From: Lama glama
Taxonomy: Eukaryota
Length of the DNA: 64,000 nt
Reading direction: 5' to 3'
NCBI GenBank assembly: GCA_028534125.1
Contig: CM052818.1
Location: forward strand, 7,876,001 to 7,940,000
Made by a program: the position numbers and the translations under genes. The first letter of the stretch is position 1. Each line of letters opens with the position of its first letter. The notes below the pieces were generated by a model, which was not told the origin of the DNA, did not search any database, and saw only the letters and a list, made by a program, of their open reading frames with translations. Positions 12,863 to 25,650 of this stretch are shown one piece after another.

Positions 12863-13909
12863 AATAGTTGTATTCTAAAATTTATATGGAAATATCAAAG
12901 ACAAAATTGGTCAAGTCACTCTTAATGAAGATGAATAAATTTGGGGTATTTGCTCTGTAGATTTCAAGACATTGTAAAGCATCAGTTCTTAACATGGTAT
13001 ATAGTATTAGTGCTGGATAGACAAATATATCAATGGAACAGAATTAAAGCCCCCAGATAGACACTGGTATATATAGGTAATGGATGTATGACAGAAGTGG
13101 TGCTGCAGATAATGGGGAAAGGAGGGACTTTTAAACAAATGGTACTAGATTAATATATCCATATGGGAAAAATTATATTGTATCTAACCCACTTTATAAT
13201 CAAAGTAAATTTCTGGGAGAAGTAAAGAATGAAGAGTCAGAGGCAAAATTAAAGCCTTTGAAAGTAAGGTAGGAAAATATCTTCAAGGCAACAGAGTACA
13301 GAAGGATTCCTTAAACAAAGCACAAAATGTCAAACATAGAGAAAAAGCTTGAAAAGTTTTAAACTCCATTAAAATTAAAATTTTCTGGTTATCAAAAGAC
13401 ATCATAGAGTGCAAAGGCAAGTGACAACTAGAAGATATTTGTAGTGTGTTACTAAGATCTAATATTTGGAATATCTAAGAGCTGCTACAAATCAGTAAGA
13501 AAATGGCAAAATATTCAGTAGATAAAAGGGCAAGAGGCTTGACCAAATCGTTCACAAAAGAAGAAGCTTCAATGGCCCACAAACATATGAAAACATGTTC
13601 AACCTAATCAGTTATCAAGAAAATGCAGCTACAGTAAGATACCCTTTCATACCCATCAGATTGACAGCAATTTAAAAATAGACAGTTTGATATATTGATG
13701 AGCTTTTGTATTAATGGGAACTCAGCTGTGCTGGCAAGAGTATAAATGGGCACAAAAACTTTGAAAAATAGTTTGACATTACCTCATAAAGGTGATTAGA
13801 GGCATACTTTACAACCCAGGAATTCTACTCCTAGTTAGATACTCCAGTAACCGCCTCATGCTCATCAGAAGATACAGAGAATACTTATGGAAGCATTAAT
13901 AATAGCCTT

Positions 13910-14327
13910 TATATTAGTTAAGTTTCTCCAGAGAAACAGAACTAATGTTCTGGATGTGTGTGTATGTATGTATGTGTGTATAAAGGGATTTATTTTAAGG
14001 AATTGGCTCATGCCATTGTGGAGGCTTGGCAGATCCAAAGTCCGATGGGAGGTTAGCACACTGGAGACCCAGGAAATAACTGCAATTCAAAGGCAGTCTG
14101 CGGCAAACCAGGATGAGCCGATGTTGCAAATGAAGAGCAGTCTGCTGGCAGATTTCCCTCTTTCTCAGAGGAGATCAATCTTTTGTTCTATTCAGGCTTT
14201 CAACTGATTGAATGAAATCTACCCACTTGATGGAAGGTAATCTGCTTTACTTAAAAGTCCAAGAATTTAAATTTAAATCTCATCCAAAAATACCCACACA
14301 GAATCATCTAAATATTGGCACAGTGGC
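13910..14327 (-). mobile_element. MLT2 (ERVL) LTR, partial
   Basis: tattagttaagtttctccagagaaacagaactaat (reverse of the MLT2 3' end), aaggaattggctcatgccattgtggaggc, ttcaggctttcaactgattgaatga. Confidence 0.85.
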
Positions 14328-14422
14328 CAAACTAGAAACAATCTAAATGTCCATCTGTGGTAAATTAAATGAATAAATTGTAGCTTATATATATATATAT
14401 ATAATTAATACTAAATTAGTGT

Positions 14423-15064
14423 TGTGGTGAGCAGAATTCTAAATTGGCCCCCTAGTAATCTCTGCCCCTGCTGGTATACTCTGTATAATCTCTAGTTGAA
14501 TGCAGGCAGAATAAATGACTTGCTTCTAACCAATAGAATATGACAAAGATCATAGGATGTTACTCTCTTGATTAGGTTCTGCTGTATAGCAAAGGTGATG
14601 GGGCTATCTTCCTCATGACTCTGTCTATGTGTGTGTGTGTTTGTTTCCATATATTTGTGTAAGTACATGTATGTGTATATACATACATACTTATACACAT
14701 ATCTCTCTATATATAATAATAAATATAACCTCTCTATATTATATATAATCTCTCTACATATGTAACAGACTCCTTTCTCCTGCTGGCCTTGGAGAAGCAA
14801 GCTGTCATGAGTTCTAAAGCTGCAAGAAAATGAATTCTGCCAACAACCTGAATGAGCTTAAAAGTAGAGCCCTCCCCAGTTAAGCCTCCAGATGAGAATG
14901 CAGTCTAGCTGACACTTGGCAACAACTTTGTAAAACCCTGAGCAAAGGACTGAATTAAGTCACATCTAGACTCTTGACTCTGTGGAAACTGAGACAGTAA
15001 ATGTATGATGTTTTAAATCACTGAATTTGTGGTAATTTGTTATACAGCATGCAAAACTATTGCA
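14423..15064 (+). mobile_element. MLT1E/F-like MaLR solo LTR with internal (TG)n/(TA)n expansion at ~14625-14762
   Basis: tgtggtgagcagaattctaaattggcccc start; gacttgcttctaaccaatagaatatg; aatgaattctgccaacaacctgaatgagctt; ttgtggtaatttgttatacagca near the end. Confidence 0.85.
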
Positions 15065-15539
15065 ACTACACAGAAATAAAAATCAACAAACTACACCTAT
15101 CTGTATCAATATAGCTGAATCTTATAATGTTGAGCAAAAGAAATAAATCATAAAGAATACAGACAATATGACTCTATTTAGATGATGTTTCAAAGCAAAT
15201 AAAACCCAACCAACATGTAATTTAGGAAGGCATGCATAAAGGTTAAAGTTATTTTAAAAAGAGTAAAGGAAAAAAAAAATCATAAGAGTTGGGAGAGTAG
15301 GTTGCTTCCGGACGAGAGTACAGGACCCACACGGAGCTTCTAAAATATTTGTAATGTTATATTTTATAACAAGCGCTCACTTTATAATTACATATATGTA
15401 CTTTTTTATATGTATACAATATGTTTAACAATGAAGCTAATATAACATTAAAACAATTTAATTTATAAAGTGTACCCCAAAATTCCTGTATTTATGGCCA
15501 GTTCCCCTACAACCCTACAACTTAATGCCCTCTCTTTAT

Positions 15540-15610
15540 GGTGGAGTTATTTGAGGTCAGACAAACCTAAATTCAAATCTTAATTCTGTCACTTCTTTGC
15601 TGTTTGATCC
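15540..15610 (+). mobile_element. MIR fragment
   Basis: gaggtcagacaaacctaaattcaaatcttaattctgtcacttctttgctgtttgatcctt (MIR B-box/core region). Confidence 0.6.
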
Positions 15611-15995
15611 TTTTTTTTTCCTTATTGAATTATAATCAGTTTACAATATTGCATCAATTTCTGGTGTACAGCACAATGTTTCAGTCATCTATATACATAC
15701 ATATATCTCTTTTCATTATAGGTTACTACAAGATATTAAGTATAATTCCCTGTGCTGTACACTATAAATTTGTTGTTTATCTATTTTATATACAGCAGTT
15801 AGTATCTGCAAATCTCAAACTCCCAATTTATCCCTTCCCAACCCCTTACCCCCCTGGTAATTATAAGTTTGTTTTCTATGTCTGTGAGTCTGTTTCTGTT
15901 TTGTAAATAAGTTCATTTGCATATTCTTTTTTTTTTTTTGATTCCGCGTGCAAGTGATATCATATGGTATTTTTATTCTCTTTCTGGCTTACTTC
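15611..15995 (-). mobile_element. Lineage (cetartiodactyl-type) L1 3' end
   Basis: Poly(T), then ttattgaattataatcagtttacaatattg ... tataattccctgtgctgtaca ... ctatgtctgtgagtctgtttctgttttgtaaataagttcatt. Reverse-similar to 47640-48010. Possible degenerate TSD tgctgtttgatc / tgctgtatggtc. Confidence 0.9.
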
Positions 15996-16194
15996 TGCTG
16001 TATGGTCTTAATGCAGAGCTAGAAGTTCAATAGCCAGACTCCAGACTGTTCACATGAAAGGGCTATAATAAAACAATAATTGAAAAATCACTACCTTGTT
16101 TAATGAAAAAAATAAATATAAAATCAACAATTATGGGTTCTAGCTATACACATAAATACTATGTATATATATTTAATTAAAAAATATTAGTGAT

Positions 16195-16400
16195 CAACCA
16201 ACAGTGTGGAGAAACTGATACTCATATGGTGCCAGTAGCATTACAAATTGATGCAGTCTTTTAGTGGAGTAGATTTAACCATGTTAGAAATAGGAAGTGC
16301 AATATTAAAATATTGCCATTCTTTGACCCGGATTACTACATTGGGAAATTTAAGGTTATTTAAGAAAATAATCTCAAAAAGTCAGAATTGGGCCAGTGTA
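16195..16400 (+). mobile_element. Very old L1M fragment
   Basis: gtgtggagaaactgatactcatat...ctttgacccggattactacattgggaaattta, a degenerate L1 ORF2 C-terminal motif. Confidence 0.5.
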
Positions 16401-19204
16401 TAATAAGGCAGAAATATTTATGAAAACAAAACATGAAAGAGTTCAGATTCTTTATTCATTATAAATTCTCAAAATAGAGCACACTGACAATAAAAGTACT
16501 GTGATGAATATATGCCTTATATTGCTATATGGATATTTTAAACAATAGCAAATGAACAACCGGAACTAAACATACATTCGCATGCTGTCTGTACGATGAA
16601 AAGTATCTGCAGAAGCATTGAAAATATCAGAGGGAGTTAAAACAATATAAATAGTTGTGTGAATTTGATAGGAATGTTCAATGAAATGATTATGATTTTA
16701 AAAATAAGTGGGTACATATGCAACCTGAAAGAATATATTTAATGATGGAATTTCAGGCAGTGTTACAGACAGATGGTGAAACTATTTGTGCAGGAGGTGG
16801 GGGTGGGTAGGGGAAAGGGGGACCTAAAATCTCACCACATGGAAAGTTTCTATAATCAGAGAGTTTCCTTTGGGTTGTGCAGACTGTGGAGCCAAAAGGG
16901 GAGACTTACACAGAAGATTTCTCAGAGGGAAAAAAACTGGAAGGACTATACTTAGAAAAATGTGATTGTAAGTTAATTTCTCTTTAAGATGTAAGCTACT
17001 TTCTTTTCCTTCAGTTCTTTTCTTTATTTATTTCTAAAGCAATTTCAGATTAATAATTTACTTCAGTATATGAGAGACTCACAGCTTTCCAGGGTCAGTC
17101 TGAATCCTGTGTGCCTTGGTCTGACTAACTCGTTTCATTTCAACATTCAGAAATGTCTGAAAAGTGTAAGAGTGGAAGAACGTAATCAACCCTTCATAGA
17201 ATGGTATTCGGTTGCTTTGATGACAGTGACATAAAGATGATTCTGTTGTGAGTCTTATCTCAAATTAAAGCCAAAAAAACGAATGAAATGCCATTCTCAA
17301 CCACAGGCTCGCATACAAGAAGGCCAGGGAGCAAGAGGAGAGGGCTGCATGGTTATTGCAGCTTTCAAATCAGAGAAGATTAGAAATAAGGAAAAAGTCA
17401 TTACCTTCTGAATCTGAATCAGTAAAGTACAGGTGTTCTGTATAGAGAGAAGGTGAATGCAGATAAACGTGTTATGCTTCTGAGAGCACTATAACTTCAG
17501 CAGGGCTTCTTCTCTCTGTTTTTCCAGTTATAAAATAAAATGAGAGATAACTCCCTCTTTCCACCATCCCTCTGTACCCCCACCATTCATACACCTGGAA
17601 CACATTGTGACTATAGATTGATCAATGATTTTTTTTCCCCAATACATTACATAGAGAAGATGTTCCAGCCATCGAGTGGTTTCGTTACAATTTAATCAAG
17701 ATTACCCTCCATTCCTTATGAGTTATGTGATTTCTACCCAAGTATTTTTCAGAAAGATTTTTAAGTTACAGAGTGATAAAACAGTGAATGCATTTTTAAA
17801 TTTAATCTTCTATGGTATTAAAATTGTAAGGCGCATAAATAGATCACATAGACAATTGGCTTTTGCCTTTAAGCAGCTCATGACTTAAAAAAAAAAAAGG
17901 CTTTTAACATCACAAGGTTTACGACGTAATCTCCCTAGTAAGATCACTTGATATCAAGTTGCTTAAATGTGCACATGACCTTTCAAATAGAACTCCATCT
18001 CTTAATGCCGTGAGCTGTCATGCAAGTATTCATAACTCTGGATTAAATTTCATATACATTATACGGAAAGTCTACATACTACCAACAAAATACTTTAAAA
18101 AAAAAACCCTATTCTCTTGTTTCCAGATATATCTTGAAATGTTTTTTCTTAAATTGCAGTATCTAGAAATCCCATTAGCATCTAAAATTTAGATAATGTC
18201 ACAAACTATTCAAAGGAGTTAGTAAGTCTTTCCAGCAGCTGTTCTTCCATTTCCCTTGGCAGCATCAGGTGGCAGGGACAGGCAGTAACCAAATCCATTT
18301 GATGTTAGGTGTGACTCTGAGAGAACGTGGGCGACCTTCTGAAGGAGTGGATCTGATGCTCTGAGGAATGATCAGATATGAGAGCCATATAGCAGGCTGC
18401 ACATAACATTCTTGTACCAGGCGTCCTTTGTGTACAGCTTCAAATTTTGTTGGAATAACAACTTGCAGGAAGGGAGAACAGCTAAGGGAAAAATAGTCCT
18501 AATGTTGGACAGGTCTAAAATTCTGGCTCTTCACAACATCAATCCCTTGAAACCCTACTTATTCATTTGCAACTTGAAAATGCAAACCATACCAATTCCA
18601 CAGGGTTGTTTGAGGATGAAAAGGATATAAACAACCTATTTAGCTTAAAAACAGAATCTCAAGAAATGTTACTTCCTTCCCTCCCATTTCGCCTGGGTCA
18701 CATTGGTCTTTCTAAATACATTTTCAGTTCATTTTCAATTATAGCATTCTTAGATTCTTTACAGTCTAGCTAATGAGACACAATTGATAACACTGTGTTC
18801 TGTGTTGTTAATGCAAGGGCTGAGTGTAGAGTCTCCTTGGTGCTCCTTGGTATGTTACTCAGACATCCTATGAGGTCATGGTTGTGTCATTGTGCAGAGC
18901 ATGTATTTTTTAAAATCAAATTTATTATTTTTTAAAAATAAAATCATCCAAAACAGTGATTTTCTACTTATCCAGCTTCTAATTAAAAGTGACAAATATG
19001 GAATGAGAAGTTACATTGTTAAGCCATTAAATATTAAGAGGGAAAGGGTGTAAATATTGTCATTACCTAGGTGAACAAATAAAATTTAAGATGCGATTTA
19101 TCAAAACTAGAAATCACTCAAAGCAGACAAGCAAAGGAAATAAATAAACATTAAGTATGTGAAATACAGAAGACTTTGATTCTGCTAAGGCTATTTCCTG
19201 CTTA

Positions 19205-19570
19205 ATGACCCAAATAAATAGGAGTATGGTTACACAATAGAATACTCTGCGTCAATGAGAGTGAACAAACTAGAACTCATAAACATAATGTTGATCAAAA
19301 GAAGTCAGACAAAATGTAGCAATACTGTAAGAGTCCATGTGTGTAAATTACAAAAAACAGGCAAAACAAATCTATGATGTTAGAAGTCAGGATGGTGGTT
19401 ACCCTTGGGTTTAAAATTGTGATACGAAAGATTTCTGGGGGTAGTAATGTTCTATTTCTCACTCTGGGTGCTGGTTAGATACATGTGTTCAATTTGTGAA
19501 AATTCAATGACCTGTACAATTAAGTGTATGTACTATTCTGTTTATCTGTTAAGATAAAAACTTAAGAAGC
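19205..19570 (+). mobile_element. L1ME-like 3' end
   Basis: aacataatgttgatcaaaagaagtcagaca ... aggcaaaacaaatctatgatgttagaagtcaggatggtggttaccctt ... tgtgttcaatttgtgaaaattcaatga. Confidence 0.8.
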
Positions 19571-20243
19571 AAAAATGTAAAAATATTTATTCTTTAGGAC
19601 AGTTTTAAATTGCTCTCACTTACTACTATATCTATAGCTATGAATATAATTAGTATCTGTTGTTCAGGCAATATTTGGTCTTTGACCAAATACAGATTAA
19701 AAATTCAAATATACATACACTTGAAAAATCACCATCTATTTTTAAAAGTGACATGATTATAAATATTAGAAAATATGAAAATATCTTAGAAAGTATTAAA
19801 AAGTGACATGATTGAACATAAATAGGAAAAAATTAAATTACTTTCTCATTTGTCATAAGCAGTCTGGCCTTTTTCACTTTCCACTTCTGGATTTAGCTGA
19901 TATCAAGCAAATCTACGTGTGTGGAAGAAAAGATGATGATAATCCCAAGAGCAATCGAGTGTCAATTGTAGCCATAAGGGAAAATAAGAACCTGAGTAAT
20001 AGAAACATGACTTACTGAGTGTTTTGTTGTGATATTACAGATAAACCAAGTATTATAAGTGAAACAAAGTGAATAATACAATCATCTCTATGTATCAGAC
20101 TGAAAGAGGTTTTCACCTGACACACAGAGACACACAGAGCTTTCGAATTCAAAAGCCAGGCAGGTAACATGGATGAAGAAAGTAGGTCAGATGAATTAAA
20201 TACAGTGGGGTCTGGTGATGGGTCTGGGAAAACTACCCAGAAA

Positions 20244-20413
20244 TAGTGGTTCTTAGAGTATGTTCCCAGACCAGAGATGCATCAGGAAAGTAGAAATTCA
20301 AATGATCAGACCCCAACCCAAATCTACTGAATCAATTCGAAACTGGAGTTGGAACCCAGCAATCTGAGTTTTAACAAGCTTGATTCTGACCCCACTCATG
20401 TATGAGAACTATT
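20244..20413 (+). mobile_element. MER5A hAT-Charlie MITE
   Basis: Inverted termini agtggttctt / gagaactatt; cagaccccaacccaaatctactgaatca; cccagcaatctgagttttaacaagc. Confidence 0.8.
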
Positions 20414-22599
20414 AATTTGGATGCATTCTAATTCAAAATTTTATTCTAATTCAAATTAAAAAAATGTTATCTTAAAAAAATTATCTGGCTAGATGTAGCC
20501 TCAGGCTACTAATTCATAACTCCTGATAAGAATCATATAAAAAACAAAAACTTGATTTTTTGTATGTCAAATCTGTAATTCCATTTTCTAAGATAAATAA
20601 AGATAGATGTGGTAATGCTTGAACCTAAGTTTTCCCCTCTCCAGAATTCAGGCCTATCTGGGCATGCCTGGGATCTGTTGGAGGTGGGCCTTCTGGAATT
20701 CTGTTTTGTAAGACAACTCAGGTTGCTTTCAGAAAAGAACTAACCCAGTGGAAGACAGAACCAAGGCACAGAGGTTGCATTAAGGGCAGCAGATGGAGTT
20801 GAATACATCTGAGTGAATACATGGTGTCTGCCACTCAGATTGTTTGCAGCCTGGTGGACTCACTCATTCTTTCAACAAGTAGCTATTGAACCGTCTGTCC
20901 CTGATCTCTGTGACCCCAGCACGGCTGTAATATAAGATCTAATAAAAGCTAAAGAAGCTGTTTTCGGCTAATCTTAGAACACGGAGAGTGCAGCTTGCCA
21001 CTGATATGAATATTGGTGCCAGCATCCTCAACACTTCTGATGCCCTTGAAGCTGGGTGTTGGCCTTGCAAGATCTCCTTGCACACTTGAGCAGCTGCACA
21101 TGGCAGCAGTGCCTGCGGTGGGCAGCAATGACATAGCTTGAAAGGTTGGCAGCAGCTTCTTTTATTAGTCGAGGAGAATTGTGAATACCACTAGGCAGCC
21201 TAGGAAACCGTTCTTGGAGCGCACATGAAACATTCCTGGGCACCCTGATTCCAGGGTGGTAGAGGATGAACCTTCTAGCAGGTAAAGAAATGCTATTTTG
21301 TAGCTATGGTTCTTATTCTGTGTAACATAAGTTACACATGGAAGAACACTGAGTCCTTAAGGGAATCCATGACTTCTTTTTTCATTTTTTGACTTGGCAG
21401 TTTTTAAAGAAACTACATGTTGCTTCTTGGGGTAAGGTTAAAGTAATGTGCTTACAGTGAACATGGTAGACTTAAAGATCAAATCTCAAGCATTTGGTTT
21501 CCTTTTTTAAAAATAAAAAGCAGCAAGATTATTATAGGCTTTGGGACATGAAGTCTGAAAAATTACAGCACACATTCCTAATTTTTTTTCCTCTCTCAAA
21601 ACATCCCTATAAAATGAAACAACATTGCTGATGAGCTGTTTTTTGGCACCAACAAGCAGCTTGTTGCAAAGGAAAAAGAACTTTGGAAACAGCCACTCCT
21701 TTCCTGCCAGAATTTTGAGAGATTGATGCCCTTTTCCTTCATTTCTGCAATGCCTATCGGCTGCAGATTTTCAGTTCTTTCCTGAAATCTCAAATTGAAT
21801 TCTATTAAGAACATATTTGTTATCACACACACACAAATGTTTGGGAGTTTGGAGACCACAAGTCTCTGAAGACTTAAGGAATTCTCCTAAGTAACCAGAA
21901 TTTTCCAGAAGGAGTCAAGGTAGTTGCTACACTACATTTAACTTGTGTTTTACGATACCTAATGAACAAGGTGTGTGGTATGTTAGTATTCCAACCAGAT
22001 AGCAATACCTTGCAGATTTCCAACTTTCTGATGGAGCCATATTTTTTTCTTGATTGCTATATATTTTAAGCCAATTTTTAAGCCCAAGCAAACTAAAAGA
22101 GTCACTTTGTTTTGATACGTCAGTACTAGCCAACCCAGAGCATCCACAGTGGACTGTGAATTACAGGGTCGGGGCAAAGATCAGGAAATTTGAGTTCTAA
22201 GCATCCATGTTTCCCTGGACAAGTCAGTTTCCACTTTGGGGCTTAGTTTCACAACTGGTAAAGTTGGAGGTGGGGCAAACTGGCCCAGATTTCTATGATT
22301 ATTAGCCCGGAAGTCTGTAACCAGAGTTCTGCATTCTTTAACCCCTAAATTATGGGAACTCTCCCTGAAGAATCCTCATGATGCATTAAATATTTGAAGG
22401 AGAAAAATTCACCTTGAGAAGATTTCTTTTTTTTAGAGAGAGCTCGGGCAATTTTCTGTGTATCTTTGGGTACAAGTAACTGGTATTGTTATCAGTCAAC
22501 CAAAGGCTTGTTTCTATGTTAACTTAATAGAATTTAGTTTTCTGGAATACAAATTAATAACAGGAACATGAAATATTTATTTTTCTCTGTTTTTATAAT

Positions 22600-23235
22600 T
22601 TTCATTTCCTCCATGCCCCTCCTGACTGTCACCTGACCTCTTCCTCCCAACTCTTTTTACACATGATTTTATACTCGGGTTATCAGATTAATCCTAAGCA
22701 CAGCTCTTCTCACTTTACTTTCCTGCTCAAAAATAGCTCTCTGTTTACTACAGTAGTAAATACACATTCCTCAGGGCATACAAAGTCCTGTACCATCTGA
22801 CCCAACGCAGCTTCCCACCCTTGTGGCCCATTACTCATTTTATCACAGCCTTTCAAGTCCTCTGCTCTTTCTTTACATGCCCAGAAATGTTCTGGCTCTG
22901 TGCCTTTGTCCCATTGCTTCTGCTTCCTGTTTCCACTTGTTCAGCTTCTACCTATTCTTAAAGTTTAAGGCCAGGGTTCTGCTACCAGCTTTTCTTGACC
23001 TCTCCAAGCTATAGGCAGTGTCTTTTTTTCTGAACTCCTGTGGCAACTTGTCTGCATCTCTCTCATAGTAGTGATCAATTTCTACTCTATGTTACAGATA
23101 TTTATGTTCATAGCTTATCTTCCTCACTAGATAATCAGCTTTATGAAGTCAGAAGCAATATCTGTTGTATATTTGTAACCCACAAAGCGGCACAGTTTCT
23201 CTACAAATGTTTGTTTGATATGTCCATTTATCTAT
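22600..23235 (+). mobile_element. L2 3' region
   Basis: ttcctgctcaaaaa, catacaaagtcctgtaccatctgaccc, cactagataatcagctttatgaagtcagaagc, aaatgtttgtttgata. Confidence 0.7.
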
Positions 23236-23694
23236 TATCTATCTACCTAGCTACCTATCTATCTGTCCTGTAATTTCTCAGCCTGGTTTCATTGAGGAAA
23301 ATCAGGAAAAAAGAAAAATGGGAAAGGTACAATAACTTAAACTAAATGTGGAGCATGTAATTAATATCTAGTTCCATTCCTTCGAGCATTGTGCTGTAGT
23401 CAGCTTTCAGAAGTGGTTTGGGTTCCCATGAGTTTGCATACTGTGATGTTCAAATGTTTGTTAAAGCTGATGCAACTCTGTGAGAAAGATAAACACTAGC
23501 TCTGCACGTGCAACAAAGTTTAATCCAGTGAGGTGAAGAACTCACTTGAGGTATTGCTACGTGTGAGGTATTAAGAAAAGTCATGATATGATTTTCTTTT
23601 TTTTGAGGGGAAAAGAAGCCAAAAAACAGCCGTTCAATGGAAAATGTGCACCTAAATGAGGACAGTTAGATGACTGGCCGTAGGACTTATGATA

Positions 23695-23830
23695 TAGACA
23701 TACACACACATATGTATTAAAGTGATCATATATTTATGTATAAATATATATAATATAATATAACACTATGTATTAATTACATAATATTTGTATATTATAT
23801 ACAATGTAATATATATTTGTATATATAAAA
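23695..23830. repeat. AT-rich (TA)-type low-complexity tract
   Basis: Directly visible degenerate TA repeats. Confidence 0.8.
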
Positions 23831-24009
23831 AATCACTTTATTCATTTCCATACCTTTTGTGATATTTGCCAACTTTTAGACAAGTTCTTTATCTTAAAAT
23901 TAATCTTAAAAACGTCATATCACATACTTGAAATATATCTATTTGAATTGTAAATATAATTTCCAAATATCAACAAACATGAAAAAGTTAAAGGAAATAA
24001 AAGCAAAAT

Positions 24010-24452
24010 TATAAATGTCCATCAACTCATGAATGGGTAAACAATACGTAGTATATCTATACAGTGGAATACTATTTAGCCACGAAAAGGGATGAAGTCC
24101 CGATACATGCTACAACGTGGGTGAATCTTGAAAACATTACGTTAAGTGAAAGAAACCAGACACAAAAGGCCATATATTGTATGATTCAGTTTATACGAAA
24201 CTTCCAGAGTAGGACAGAAAAATTCATAGAGATGGAAAGTAGATTCCTGGTTGCCAGTGGCTGGTGGGTGGGGGGAATGGAAGTGACAGCTAATTGATAT
24301 AGGATTTCTTTTTGAGGTGATGAACATGTTTGGGATTAGATAATGGTGATAGTTACACAACTTTGTGAATATACAAAAAGCCACTAAATTGTACTCTTTA
24401 AAAAGGGGTAAACATTATGATACATGAATTATATCTCAGTTTTTAAAAATAC
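24010..24452 (+). mobile_element. L1MB-like 3' end
   Basis: ORF 24064..24297 EYYLATKRDEVPIHATTWVNLENITLSERNQTQK is the L1 ORF2 C-terminus; the 3'UTR ends gaattatatctcagtttttaaaaa. Confidence 0.92.
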
Positions 24453-24564
24453 AAATTAAAGATTCTGAACAGCAAGGAGGTTTTCCAGAGGCTTGTTCAG
24501 CCAGCACTGAGAGTAAAGAGATGTGGTCATTGAGAAGCACAATCTTCAACACATTCATTTATAT

Positions 24565-24862
24565 ATAAAGCAGAAAAAGACTTGCAGACATAGAATACAG
24601 ATTTGTGGTTGCCAGGGGGAAGGGGGATGGAAGGGATAAACTGGGAGTTCGAGGTTTGCAGATACTGACTGGTGTATATAAAATACATAAATACGTTTAT
24701 ACTGTATAGCACAGGGAAATATATTCAATATCTTGTAGCAGCTTATGGTGGAAAAAAATATGAAAATGAATATATGTATATTCGTGTATGACTGAAGTAT
24801 TGTACTATACACCAGAAACTGACACAACATTGTAAACTGACTATACCTCAGTAAAAATATAT
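24565..24862 (+). mobile_element. Lineage (cetartiodactyl-type) L1 3' end
   Basis: cagacatagaatacagatttgtggttgccaggggg ... tactgtatagcacagggaaatatattcaatatcttgtag ... acaacattgtaaactgactatacctcagtaaaa. Confidence 0.9.
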
Positions 24863-25464
24863 AATTTTCATAGGACTGAAAATTTGAAAAAAGGTAATGG
24901 TTAATTTATGTTATGTGAATGTTAGTTCAACTTAAAAAAAATTACATTACTTGAGTTAGTAACACAAGGAACCTCCAGTTTGTAAACAGCTTCAATCTTG
25001 TCTTTTAAAATGCTGCTAATACTTCTCTTTCACGGACTTGGCTCTTTCACCTTTCTCCCATATGCCATTGAAAACAGTAGCAAAAGATCAGTCTAGGCAA
25101 CTGTCCAAATGCTTTGTGGAACTCAGCAGTAAGGTCATCAACATTTGGTCACAATTTATTTTTTGGCTCTAATTCCTACTAGTAGGTCGTTTTTGCTCAT
25201 TTAAGGGTACTCTCCTATCGATGCCCATTCTTTCTCTTCTTTTTTTCTAAGTATCTTTTCTTGATACTGAAGGATGTTGCCTTATCATAGTGGTCACCTG
25301 TCTCCTGGAGACTTTATAAAGGAGGCATTACTTCTGGAGGACTTCATTCATTGTGGAATTACTTGTTCTTGATACAGATCTGACCTTTTCTACTCCTTTT
25401 ATTTTTCTTGGGGAGGGGTAGAAAATCAACCTTTGAAAATAGAAGGAAGAAAATATTCCTTCCT

Positions 25465-25650
25465 GTGGTTTTTTGGAGCCAGACAGCCTCCGTTCAGATC
25501 CTGGTGCTCTCAAAGACTCTAGTTGTGTGATCTTGGGTCTGTCATTTGGGCAAGTCAATTTCCTCATGTGGAAACTGAGGACAACAATAGTACTTACCTC
25601 CTAAAGTCCTTGTGGTGATTGAAACTGATAGTGCATATAAATGTCCCTTG
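25465..25650 (+). mobile_element. MIR SINE
   Basis: ttggagccagacagcctccgttcagatcctgg ... tgtgtgatcttggg ... tttcctcatgtggaaactgagg ... tacttacctcctaaagtc. Confidence 0.8.

Larger units (their letters stand above)
12865..15440 (+). mobile_element. Old L1ME-like ORF2/3'UTR interrupted by two LTRs (L1 parts ~12865-13909, ~14328-14420, ~15065-15440)
   Basis: attctaaaatttatatggaa, gatagacaaatatatcaatggaacagaat, aaacatatgaaaacatgttcaacct, aaactagaaacaatctaaatgtccatc and ataatgttgagcaaaagaa occur in L1 order across the insertions. Confidence 0.85.
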
